From positions 1 to 30,412 of the forward strand of contig JBBSFP010000001.1 in assembly GCA_038238625.1 (NCBI GenBank): DNA of 30,412 nucleotides, written 5' to 3'. Positions 1 through 8,369 of this stretch are shown in pieces. A program made the translations under genes and the position numbers. Source of the DNA: Tepidisphaerales bacterium. Its GTDB lineage: Bacteria; Planctomycetota; Phycisphaerae; Tepidisphaerales; Tepidisphaeraceae. Positions within the stretch are counted from its first letter, which is position 1; each line of letters begins with the position of its first letter. The notes under the pieces were generated by a model. That model was not told the DNA's origin. It was given only the letters and a program-made list of their open reading frames with translations, and did no database searches.

Positions 1-1477
1 GCTGATCGGCGCGGGTGAAATCCACCATCGCCTCGTTGACGAAGCTGGGCCGTTGCACGAGGACGGCATTGCGCGGATCATGCCGCGAGGTTGATTGTAT
101 TTCTAAGTTTTGCAATGGATTCATCAAAAGATGCTCCTCGGTTGCATGCCCATGCATGCCAGCCCGCAAGAAGGATTCGTTCGAAGTGTTCTCAAGAAGC
201 CGCCGCACCAGGTATGCCATCCCGGGCAGGAGTTGACCGTAAGGCGTGTATACGCGCACCCGCTGCCCCATTGCCACGAGGCTGGTTTTGATGGGATCGG
301 CCATGCCGTAGAGCATTTGAAATTCGAGCAGCCGCGGAGGCAGTAGGTAGCTTTCCGCCAACGCCAGGGCATGAGCAATGCTGCGAATGTTATGGCTCGC
401 AATCGCGGGGCGCAGGTGGGCATGGTTAGCGATTAAAAAAGCTGTCAATGCTTCGTAATTTGCATCCGTCTGAGCCTTCCGGGCATAGACTGGCAACGGC
501 CAACCATTTTGGCGGGCGACGACGGTTTCGTAATCCCAGTAGGCCCCTTTAACCAGCCGGACCCAGACCGGCGCGCCGCGGCGCTGCGCCCATTGCACTA
601 ATGCCCGCAAATCGTCGCCGCTGCTTTCGAGATAGGCCTGAATGGCCAGACCGACATCAGTCCAATCGGCAAACTCTGCTTCGGACAGTACGGAGCGAAA
701 GATGGCCAGCGTGAGGTCTTTGTACGCAAATTGCTCCATGTCGAAGTTCACGAAAACACCGCGCCGCCGCGCAGATTGCAGAATGGGCCGAAGCCGACCG
801 AGCACCGCAGTAGTGGTTCCTTCCGGACTGGCAGGATCGAATTGGCTAAACAGCGATGAGAGCTTCACCGACACGTTGATCCGCGGAATCGGCCCGGCGG
901 GGGAATTATCCAACATGGGCACCGACGACCACGCCCGGGCCGCATCGGCCAATCCCTCGATAAGGGTGTGATACTCCGCAGCGTAGCGATCGGCTTCGGC
1001 CTCGGAGAGAACTGCTTCGCCCAACAGATCGACTGTAAATGCCATGGAACGTTTACGAAGCTGCTTAACCATATGGAGCGCCTGGGGCACGTTGCTTGCG
1101 GGGATGAACCGTTTTGCCATCCGCGAGGCACCGAAGCGCGCCAGGGTTGCGACTATTTCGACAGGCCAGCCTTCGTCCGGCATCTGTCGCACTACGTTCA
1201 CCAGCCATATGGGTAGGCGATGCTGCACACTAAGCAGGTACTCACGCAGGTGAAGCACGACCTGGCGGTCATCGCTAAGGACAGGCAGGACGTCGACGAA
1301 TCGAAACAGCTCTGCTTTGACGCGTTCATCGCGCAAGGTCAGGTCCATGAGGCGCGCTTCGAGCCACCCCTCGCCCCCACTTTCGCGGACAAGCGAAAAT
1401 ATCTGTCTACCGATGGCACGCGTACGCTCTTCCACCGCTGTCGATCGCTCCACGGGCATCGTCAGCGGGATGGACAT
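1..1477 (-). CDS. putA: Bifunctional proline dehydrogenase / P5C dehydrogenase, 5' part (runs off the left edge of the window)
   Basis: Not in the ORF track because no stop falls in the window. Manual translation from ATG at 1477 gives MSIPLTMPVERSTAVEERTRAIG...ELFRFVDVLP...FTVDLLGEAV...INVSVKLSSL...VNFDMEQ...RLVKGAYWDYE...AIASHNIRS...EFQMLYGM...GMAYLVRRLLENTSNESFL, the PRODH barrel motifs of PutA. Confidence 0.95.
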   Translation of the reverse strand, partial: MSIPLTMPVERSTAVEERTRAIGRQIFSLVRESGGEGWLEARLMDLTLRDERVKAELFRFVDVLPVLSDDRQVVLHLREYLLSVQHRLPIWLVNVVRQMPDEGWPVEIVATLARFGASRMAKRFIPASNVPQALHMVKQLRKRSMAFTVDLLGEAVLSEAEADRYAAEYHTLIEGLADAARAWSSVPMLDNSPAGPIPRINVSVKLSSLFSQFDPASPEGTTTAVLGRLRPILQSARRRGVFVNFDMEQFAYKDLTLAIFRSVLSEAEFADWTDVGLAIQAYLESSGDDLRALVQWAQRRGAPVWVRLVKGAYWDYETVVARQNGWPLPVYARKAQTDANYEALTAFLIANHAHLRPAIASHNIRSIAHALALAESYLLPPRLLEFQMLYGMADPIKTSLVAMGQRVRVYTPYGQLLPGMAYLVRRLLENTSNESFLRAGMHGHATEEHLLMNPLQNLEIQSTSRHDPRNAVLVQRPSFVNEAMVDFTRADQ

Positions 1478-1484
1478 CGACTTT

Positions 1485-2891
1485 TCAGTTCTTTCGCGGA
1501 TCGGTGGTATTGAGGATTTCACTCACGCCGTGCTGATTGAAGCCTTTGAACCCGTCGTTGCGTTCCAGGTTTTCCAAGTGGGAACCGAGCGCGCCATGTT
1601 CCCGAAACTGGGTAGCGTTCTCCGGTGTAATGGTACCGGCCTGCAGCAGGCGCTCGATGCGATCCGCTCGCACTGGCCAGCGGTCGGCTTCGGTAAATGC
1701 CTGGCGCAGATAGGGGAAATTGCTGAACGGTTTCATAACGCCAATGCCGTTTGCTTGCAGTTGATCGCGCAGCGCTTCAAACTCGAACTGGCATTCCAGG
1801 TGATGCATCCCCGCTTCGAGAATTGCTTCGCCATGGAGGGCACACCACAGCCCGGGGGTGGACATTTCGCAACGGGTCGCCAGTGGCTCATGCGCGAAAT
1901 CGCCACGTACCTCCTCGGGTGACAAATCAACATCCGCGAAAACCACGATGCCGGCGTTGGGTTGCTCCATGACCTGCGCGCCCCATCCGGCCTCGGCCCC
2001 CGCGTAGAAACGCTCGCGACAGCGCACGCCCAGCTTCTCCAGCAACGACACCAGGTGCGTGAACCACTTTCGCGAGGACCGATAAGTGTGGTGATCGTGA
2101 TTGCCCCAACCTAATCCCAGCTGATCCTGCCGCTGTTTCTGCACCTGCCCCGCGCGATTGCGCGCTTGCCAAAACCCCCGTTCGGCAGCGAAGAAAAGAT
2201 CGCAGGCCCAGTCGCGGCCGATATCACGCACGGCCGCTTCAACCAGCGCCGTGGTATGGGCAAATCCATCTGCTTCATCATCGAATCGGCGGCGTCGTAA
2301 TCGAAATGCTTCACCGTGCCGACGAGCGAGTTGATGACGCTGGAGATCCGGTGACGGCGACAAAAAGCCGCGATGGCCGTGCCGCTCAACCGCCCACAAT
2401 TCGGCCTCAGCCGTCTGGAAGATCAGGGCCTGCCGCATTTGTCCGCCGCATTCACCAATGACATCGTGTCCTGCTGGCAAATTGGCGAGTTGATCGAAGA
2501 CGGCGGCGTCGAGGGCCATGAGAAAATCGACAATTGATTCGGGACGGATCGCCACGCGCAGCCTCACCGATCGATTGGTTGCATCGTGCAATAAAACGCG
2601 GGGGAAGACGCCATTTTCCTGCACAAAACAGCGTTCGTGCGAGTCTGCTTCCCGTTCGATAAATCCCACCGATATTAGTTGATCTTCGATATCAACCGTA
2701 GCGGGCAAAACCAAGTGATCGATCCAGTCGATGAAGCGGGTTCCGGTCAGCGTGCGCATGCGCTCGGCAAGATGGGCGGCTGGAAGACACTGGTCCAAAA
2801 ATGTTTCTACCACACTTTGGATAAACTTTGCGGCGGCGGGCTGAGGCTGCCAGGAGGGATCAGAATCACGTTCATTCGCAACATTTGCCAT
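1485..2891 (-). CDS. Uncharacterised protein with probable VOC/glyoxalase (HPPD-like) fold and a putative His/His/Glu metal triad
   Basis: 468-aa ORF ending 7 nt before the putA start. Motifs DWIDHLVLP, NHDHHTYR, AGMHHLECQ and HLENLERNDGFKGF resemble the metal-ligand segments of HPPD-type VOC enzymes. The CDS is well supported; the fold call is inference. Confidence 0.7.
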   Translation of the reverse strand: MANVANERDSDPSWQPQPAAAKFIQSVVETFLDQCLPAAHLAERMRTLTGTRFIDWIDHLVLPATVDIEDQLISVGFIEREADSHERCFVQENGVFPRVLLHDATNRSVRLRVAIRPESIVDFLMALDAAVFDQLANLPAGHDVIGECGGQMRQALIFQTAEAELWAVERHGHRGFLSPSPDLQRHQLARRHGEAFRLRRRRFDDEADGFAHTTALVEAAVRDIGRDWACDLFFAAERGFWQARNRAGQVQKQRQDQLGLGWGNHDHHTYRSSRKWFTHLVSLLEKLGVRCRERFYAGAEAGWGAQVMEQPNAGIVVFADVDLSPEEVRGDFAHEPLATRCEMSTPGLWCALHGEAILEAGMHHLECQFEFEALRDQLQANGIGVMKPFSNFPYLRQAFTEADRWPVRADRIERLLQAGTITPENATQFREHGALGSHLENLERNDGFKGFNQHGVSEILNTTDPRKN

Positions 2892-2897
2892 GCCGAT

Positions 2898-2903
2898 ATT
2901 ATA
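2898..2903 (-). promoter_or_regulatory. Perfect -10 box (TATAAT) 6 nt upstream of the VOC-like gene ATG; probable leaderless transcript
   Basis: attata at 2898-2903 reads TATAAT on the minus strand; ATG at 2891; no clear -35 box. Confidence 0.5.
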
Positions 2904-2964
2904 CCTCGTAAGGGCATATGTTTTGCGACTCGCATGGAGGACACTTACTTAGGGTGAGCACCAC

Positions 2965-4218
2965 ATGCGATATTTTGAAGAGGAGATTGCGTGGGTTGGC
3001 TCCCAGCAGCTACGAATGGAGCGTTTAGTCGAGCAGTGGTGTCTGCTTAATTCAGGCACATATCACACCGCCGGGGTGGAACGTTGTGCCCAGGCTGTTA
3101 TCCAGGAATTCGCGGCTTTAGGCAAAATCCATCGTCTCCCCCTCCCGGCTGAGGAGTCGATTGATGTGCTCGGGAGGACCATTTCAGCACCGCTGTGCCC
3201 AGCAGTGCAGATCACTGCATCAGATGTCGTGGCATCCGATATACCGAGGGTATTGTTATGTATCCATCTAGACACGGTGTTTGGTGAAAACAGTGCGTTT
3301 CAGCATGTACAGCGGGTTGAGGGGGACAAGTTCAACGGCCCAGGTGTAGCCGACGCCAAGGGGGGAATCGTGGTGATGTTGCTTGCTTTGGAATGCCTGA
3401 TGCGCAGCCGATACGCAAAGGGAATTGCCTGGGAGGTGCTGCTCAATACCGATGAAGAAATTGGGTCGGTTGGATCGTTGCCATTGTTGCAGGAGGCCGC
3501 ACGGCGAAATGATGTGGGCCTGCTATTTGAGCCTGCGTGGCCGGATGGAATGCTTACGGGGCAGCGCAAGGGTTCGGGGAATTTTTCGGTGGTCATCACC
3601 GGCCGCTCAGCCCATGCCGGGCGCGATTCGGCAAGCGGGCGAAATGCCATGCATGCAGCGGCGCGCTTCATCGTGGCGCTTAATAATTATGCAGAGCGCC
3701 TGCCGGGGACTATTGTAAATGTCGGTCGCATCGAAGGTGGCGGTCCATCAAATATCGTCCCGGACCTGGCGATTGTGCGCTTCAATGTGCGTGTTGAAAC
3801 GGCGCAGCAACAACACCTGATGGAACACGGCATCAACTGGCTGGTTGGAGAAACGAATCGGCAAGAGGGTTTTGGAATGCGACTGCATGGCTGCTTCACT
3901 TCGCCACCGCGCTTGATGGAGGGGGCCACGCTAGACCTGTTCGATCAAGTAGCCACCTGCGGAAAAGAGCTTGGAATGGTAACAGGCTGGCGCGCCTCTG
4001 GTGGTGTAAGTGATGGCAACAAGCTCGCCGCCGCGGGGCTGCCTAATGTAGACACGCTGGGCGTTTGTGGCGGCAACCTTCACACGTCGCAGGAATACAT
4101 GCTGATTAGTAGCCTCAGCGAGCGCGCCAAGCTCTCGGCGCTGTTCCTGCTTAAGCTGGCCAGTGGGCAAATACCGTGGCCCAATCGCGCCATCCCCTCC
4201 TGCGAGGCGATCGCATGA
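2965..4218 (+). CDS. M20 family amidohydrolase (carboxypeptidase G2-like), probable desuccinylase of the AST pathway
   Basis: M20 motifs HLDTVF, GPGVADAKGG, DEEIGS, FEP, GRSAHAG, GGVSDGN, GGNLHT; ATGA overlap with astA. Confidence 0.85.
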   Translation: MRYFEEEIAWVGSQQLRMERLVEQWCLLNSGTYHTAGVERCAQAVIQEFAALGKIHRLPLPAEESIDVLGRTISAPLCPAVQITASDVVASDIPRVLLCIHLDTVFGENSAFQHVQRVEGDKFNGPGVADAKGGIVVMLLALECLMRSRYAKGIAWEVLLNTDEEIGSVGSLPLLQEAARRNDVGLLFEPAWPDGMLTGQRKGSGNFSVVITGRSAHAGRDSASGRNAMHAAARFIVALNNYAERLPGTIVNVGRIEGGGPSNIVPDLAIVRFNVRVETAQQQHLMEHGINWLVGETNRQEGFGMRLHGCFTSPPRLMEGATLDLFDQVATCGKELGMVTGWRASGGVSDGNKLAAAGLPNVDTLGVCGGNLHTSQEYMLISSLSERAKLSALFLLKLASGQIPWPNRAIPSCEAIA

Positions 4219-5312
4219 TCATCATGCGCCCCGCAGCCACGGACGATCTTCTGCCATTGCTGGAGCTCACCCGCCTTACCGGTTTTGGTTTGACGACTCT
4301 GCCCACGGATCGCGAGCTGTTGCGAAAGCGAATTGCCAAATCGACACGCTCCTTTTCAAACATCCCCGATCAGCCTGGCGATGAAAACTATTTGCTGGTG
4401 ATGGAAGATACGAAAAGAAAACAAGTTGTGGGGACTGCTGGAATCATTGCAAAGGTGGGCGGATTTGAGCCTTTTTACGCCTATCGGATCGTACCGACGG
4501 TGCATGAGTCTACTTTTTTGAAAGTGCGCAAAGAAATTCGCACGCTGCACCTGGTTTCAGAACACAACGGGCCATCGGAAGTATGCAGTTTGTTTTTGGC
4601 ACCGGACGCACGAGGGGGGCAGAACGGACGTCTCCTGTCACTTTCACGCTTCATGTTCATGGCGGAAAATCCACGTGCGTTTGAGGCGAATGTCATCGCC
4701 GAAATGCGTGGGATTATTGATGATCAGGGACGCTCGCCATTCTGGGATGCGATTGGTAAGCATTTTTTTGAAATCGATTTCCCCACCGCTGATTACCTGA
4801 GTCTTGTAAACAGGCGATTTATTGCAGACCTGATGCCACGCCATCCAATCTATACGACCCTGCTACCCCCAGAAGCTCAGGCGGTCATTGGGCAGGTGCA
4901 TCAGCAAAGTGTACCGGCCCTGAAGCTATTGGAGAGTGAAGGCTTTCGCTTTACCGGAATGCTCGACATCTTTGAGGGCGGCCCGATCGTAAGTTGCCCG
5001 CTCGAGCAGGTGCGAACGATACGCGGCAGCCGCAGGGCGACCGTTGTTGACGTAAGCCACGAACCGCTGGCGACGGAAATCTGTGTAATGGCCGCGGGCA
5101 GTATGGATTTTCGGGCATGCCGTGGGGAGGTCGAAATCGTGGCAAGCGGCGTACGCATTAGCGCGGAGTGCGCGAAAGCGTTGCGGCTGGGGATTGGTGA
5201 TTCTCTGCGTTTTGCGCCTTTGAGAGCGCCTATTCCGCACGATTTGCAGGAGGCGCCGGGATCGGACGAAACGCCCAACGCTAACGATCCAATGATTGCC
5301 GATCGTTCATGA
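4215..5312 (+). CDS. astA: Arginine N-succinyltransferase
   Basis: MIIMRPA..., GLTTLP, GPSEVCSLFL, GRLLSLSRFMF, AEMRG, SPFWDAIG, DIFEGGP. Start placed at ATG 4215, overlapping the upstream TGA, not at the ORF-track start 4176. Confidence 0.95.
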   Translation: MIIMRPAATDDLLPLLELTRLTGFGLTTLPTDRELLRKRIAKSTRSFSNIPDQPGDENYLLVMEDTKRKQVVGTAGIIAKVGGFEPFYAYRIVPTVHESTFLKVRKEIRTLHLVSEHNGPSEVCSLFLAPDARGGQNGRLLSLSRFMFMAENPRAFEANVIAEMRGIIDDQGRSPFWDAIGKHFFEIDFPTADYLSLVNRRFIADLMPRHPIYTTLLPPEAQAVIGQVHQQSVPALKLLESEGFRFTGMLDIFEGGPIVSCPLEQVRTIRGSRRATVVDVSHEPLATEICVMAAGSMDFRACRGEVEIVASGVRISAECAKALRLGIGDSLRFAPLRAPIPHDLQEAPGSDETPNANDPMIADRS

Positions 5313-5372
5313 TCGAATACCCGGTCAAGTTCCCGGTAAATCCATGCTCAGAATCCACCCCACGGGAGATCG

Positions 5373-6830
5373 ATGAGTCATTTTATAAATAACGCCTGGA
5401 TCGAAGGGACGGGCACGCCCTTTTGCTCAACTAACCCAGCAACGGGGCAGCCGGTGTTTGAAACTCGCGCGGGAACATCCGACGAGATAGATCGCGCCAT
5501 TGCCGCAGCGAGATCGACCCTGCCGTCGTGGAGCTCGCTGGCGTTCGATCAGCGGGTCGTCCACGTTGAGGCATTCACCAGGGAACTCAAAGAGCACGGT
5601 CAGCAGCTCTCTGAAGCCATCAGTCTTGAAACGGGTAAACCCCACTGGGAAGCAGCCGAGGAACTCGCGGCAATGGTCAACAAGGCCCCGATTTCTATCA
5701 CGGCGTATCGGCAGCGGCGGCAGGAAACCTCTGCAGCGCTCCCCAATGGTTCCACCGCCGAAACGCGATTTAAACCTCACGGGGTGGTCGCGGTATTTGG
5801 GCCGTTCAATTTCCCAGGTCATTTGCCCAATGGGCACATCATACCGGCGTTGCTGGCAGGCAACACCGTCGTCTTCAAGCCCAGTGAATACACACCGCTC
5901 GTAGGCCGGCGCATGGCGGAATTGTGGGAAGCAAGCCGGCTGCCATCCGGCGTGGTTAACGTGGTGCAGGGGGGCCGTCAGACGGGTGTTACGCTTGCGC
6001 AACACCCGGGCATTGACGGTATTTTCTTCACCGGAAGCGTCAATGCCGGGCTGTCACTTCACCGCGCCGTCGCAGGGCAGCCGCAGAAAATCCTCGCACT
6101 GGAGCTCGGTGGCAACAATCCACTGATCGCCTGGGATTTTGATGATCTGGACGCTGCCGTCACAGTGATCGTGCTTTCGGCATTCCTGACTTCCGGTCAG
6201 CGTTGTACTTGCGCGCGCCGATTAATTGTCCCGACTGGGGCCGATGCGCTGTTGAATCGGCTCCAAAGCGTCGCCAGCCAACTGATCCCCGGCCCCTTTA
6301 CACAGTCACCAGAACCGTTCATGGGACCTGTCATCTCCGCGTCGGCGGCGTTGCAGTTGCTCGATGCGCAGGAACGTCTGCAACATAATGGCGGGCAGTC
6401 AATGCTCTCCATGAAGCAACTTCACGGAAGCCCCGCAATGCTCACGCCCGGAATCATGGATGTGACCAGCGTCATCGACCGGCCCGATATCGAGCTGTTT
6501 GGTCCGTTTTTACAGGTGATACGGGTAAACGATTTTGAGCACGCGCTGGCAGAAGCCAATAGCACTTCCTACGGGCTGGCAGCGGGATTAATCAGCAACG
6601 ATCGCGCTCGTTTCGAGCAATTTTTTGCCCAAATCCGCGCGGGCGTCGTTAGCTGGAATCGCCCCACGACGGGTGCCAGTGGATCATTGCCTTTCGGCGG
6701 TTTGGGCCAAAGCGGCAATCATCGCCCCAGCGGTTATTACGCGGTCGATTATTGTTCTGATCCGGTTGCAATTTTGCAGTCACCCAGGGTCGGCCCCCTA
6801 GGATCGCTGCCGCCGGGATTCATCCTTTAA
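5373..6830 (+). CDS. astD: Succinylglutamate-semialdehyde dehydrogenase
   Basis: ALDH motifs FGPFNFPGHLPNGH, FKPSE, FTGS, LALELGGNNP, SGQRCTCARR, ELFGP, GNHRPSGYYAVDYC; GGGAG SD before the ATG; lies between astA and astB. Confidence 0.93.
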   Translation: MSHFINNAWIEGTGTPFCSTNPATGQPVFETRAGTSDEIDRAIAAARSTLPSWSSLAFDQRVVHVEAFTRELKEHGQQLSEAISLETGKPHWEAAEELAAMVNKAPISITAYRQRRQETSAALPNGSTAETRFKPHGVVAVFGPFNFPGHLPNGHIIPALLAGNTVVFKPSEYTPLVGRRMAELWEASRLPSGVVNVVQGGRQTGVTLAQHPGIDGIFFTGSVNAGLSLHRAVAGQPQKILALELGGNNPLIAWDFDDLDAAVTVIVLSAFLTSGQRCTCARRLIVPTGADALLNRLQSVASQLIPGPFTQSPEPFMGPVISASAALQLLDAQERLQHNGGQSMLSMKQLHGSPAMLTPGIMDVTSVIDRPDIELFGPFLQVIRVNDFEHALAEANSTSYGLAAGLISNDRARFEQFFAQIRAGVVSWNRPTTGASGSLPFGGLGQSGNHRPSGYYAVDYCSDPVAILQSPRVGPLGSLPPGFIL

Positions 6831-6870
6831 AACAAGCGCTGCGTATTTCGGTACGCTCCAGTGGCAGATT

Positions 6871-8217
6871 ATGATCGTGCCCATGCGCGCCAAGGAATGG
6901 AATCTCGACGGTTTGCCCGGTCCCACGCACAACTATGCTGGTTTGTCCTACGGAAACCTGGCATCGACGCGTTCACGGGGCAGCATTTCACATCCGCGCG
7001 CCGCTGCACTTGAGGGATTGGCGAAAATGAAGCTCGTGGCGGACCTGGGAATTCCACAGGCAATCCTCCCGCCACAAATTCGGCCGGATCTGGCAATGCT
7101 GCGGGCGCTGGGTTTCGAAGGATCTGAAAAAGAAATTGTGCTCAACGCGCACCGGGCAGACCCGGCGCTGCTGACTTCTTGCTACAGCAGCAGCGCCATG
7201 TGGGCAGCGAACGCGGCGACGGTATCCCCCAGTTCTGATGCCGCCGATAGAAAACCGCACATCACCCCTGCCAACCTGGTCAGCCGATTCCATCGTTCGC
7301 TTGAGGCAACGCAAACGGCTGCCCAGTTGCGCTCGATTTTTGATCCAGAGACCGGTTTTGCGCACCATGCAGCGCTTACATGTTCGCCCTTGCTGGCGGA
7401 TGAGGGGGCCGCAAACCACACCCGACTTTGCGCGGCATTTGACCAGCCGGGAGTGCAGCTATTCGTTTATGGGCGCGATGGGTTCGATGATGAAAGCGAA
7501 GCCAGCGCCCCCCCCCCAACCCGCTACCCGGCGCGGCATACCCTTCAGGCATCGCAAGCGATCGCGCGTTTGCACAAGCTCGACCCAAATGCCGTCGTGT
7601 TTGCTCGCCAAAGCGCCATAGCAATCGATGCCGGCGTCTTCCACAACGATGTGATCGCCGTCGGAAACCAAAATGTATTACTGTACCACGCGCAGGCGTT
7701 TGTAGAAGAGGATCGGGTCATCGGACAATTGCAGCAGTGTTTCCAACGCATCTGCGGACAAAAATTAATCCTGCTGCGCATCGATTCAGCGGAAATGTCG
7801 CTGGCGGCTGCGGTCAAGACTTACTTCTTCAACAGCCAGTTGCTGACATTGCCCAACGGCATGATGACGCTGATCGCACCGATCGAATGCCAGGAAGATA
7901 TCATCGCACAGACGACCATCGGGCGTCTGCTGTTTAGCGGCGGGCCAATCAAATCGGTTCACTACGTGGATCTTCGACAGAGTATGCAAAACGGTGGTGG
8001 GCCGGCTTGCCTGCGGTTGCGAATGGTGTTGACCGAACGGGAACAGTCGGCCATGCACCCAGGTGTGATTTTCAATGAAGCTTTATACGGAAAATTGGTG
8101 CCCTGGGTGAACAGTTTTTATCGAAATCAGCTGTCGCCAGACGATTTATCAGATCCCCGCTTGCTGGTGGAATCGCGTGAAGCACACTCCTCGCTGCAGC
8201 GGATATTGTGGGGATGA
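6871..8217 (+). CDS. astB: N-succinylarginine dihydrolase (alternative start 6883)
   Basis: DGLPGPTHNYAGLSYGNLAS, MWAANAATVSPS, DEGAANH, GVFHNDVIAV, YFFNSQL, SMQNGGGPACLRLR. Confidence 0.96.
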   Translation: MIVPMRAKEWNLDGLPGPTHNYAGLSYGNLASTRSRGSISHPRAAALEGLAKMKLVADLGIPQAILPPQIRPDLAMLRALGFEGSEKEIVLNAHRADPALLTSCYSSSAMWAANAATVSPSSDAADRKPHITPANLVSRFHRSLEATQTAAQLRSIFDPETGFAHHAALTCSPLLADEGAANHTRLCAAFDQPGVQLFVYGRDGFDDESEASAPPPTRYPARHTLQASQAIARLHKLDPNAVVFARQSAIAIDAGVFHNDVIAVGNQNVLLYHAQAFVEEDRVIGQLQQCFQRICGQKLILLRIDSAEMSLAAAVKTYFFNSQLLTLPNGMMTLIAPIECQEDIIAQTTIGRLLFSGGPIKSVHYVDLRQSMQNGGGPACLRLRMVLTEREQSAMHPGVIFNEALYGKLVPWVNSFYRNQLSPDDLSDPRLLVESREAHSSLQRILWG

Positions 8218-8369
8218 CGGTCGTCATTTTTACGGCCGGCACATGATCCCGGATGTCGCGCACAGATTTCCCAAACCCACCTCAATACTATCAGTTGTTA
8301 ACGGTTCTTGCGGTTGCCTGCCTTTTGCTTGAGGTGGAAAACCGTTAAATTGTCAAACCGGAGGATTCA

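Noticed and set aside
15-1922. Many short plus-strand ORFs and the 201-aa ORF 1317-1922
   Set aside because: All lie antisense to putA or the VOC-like gene, which explain the region.
6831-6870. Small GCGTA/TACGC hairpin between astD and astB
   Set aside because: Only 5 bp with no U-tract; not supportable as a terminator.
8218-8369. Canonical cobalamin riboswitch upstream of the B12-dependent mutase operon
   Set aside because: No B12 box or the conserved GGGAA/GCCACTG core elements seen, and the region is short; the inverted repeats are reported separately.
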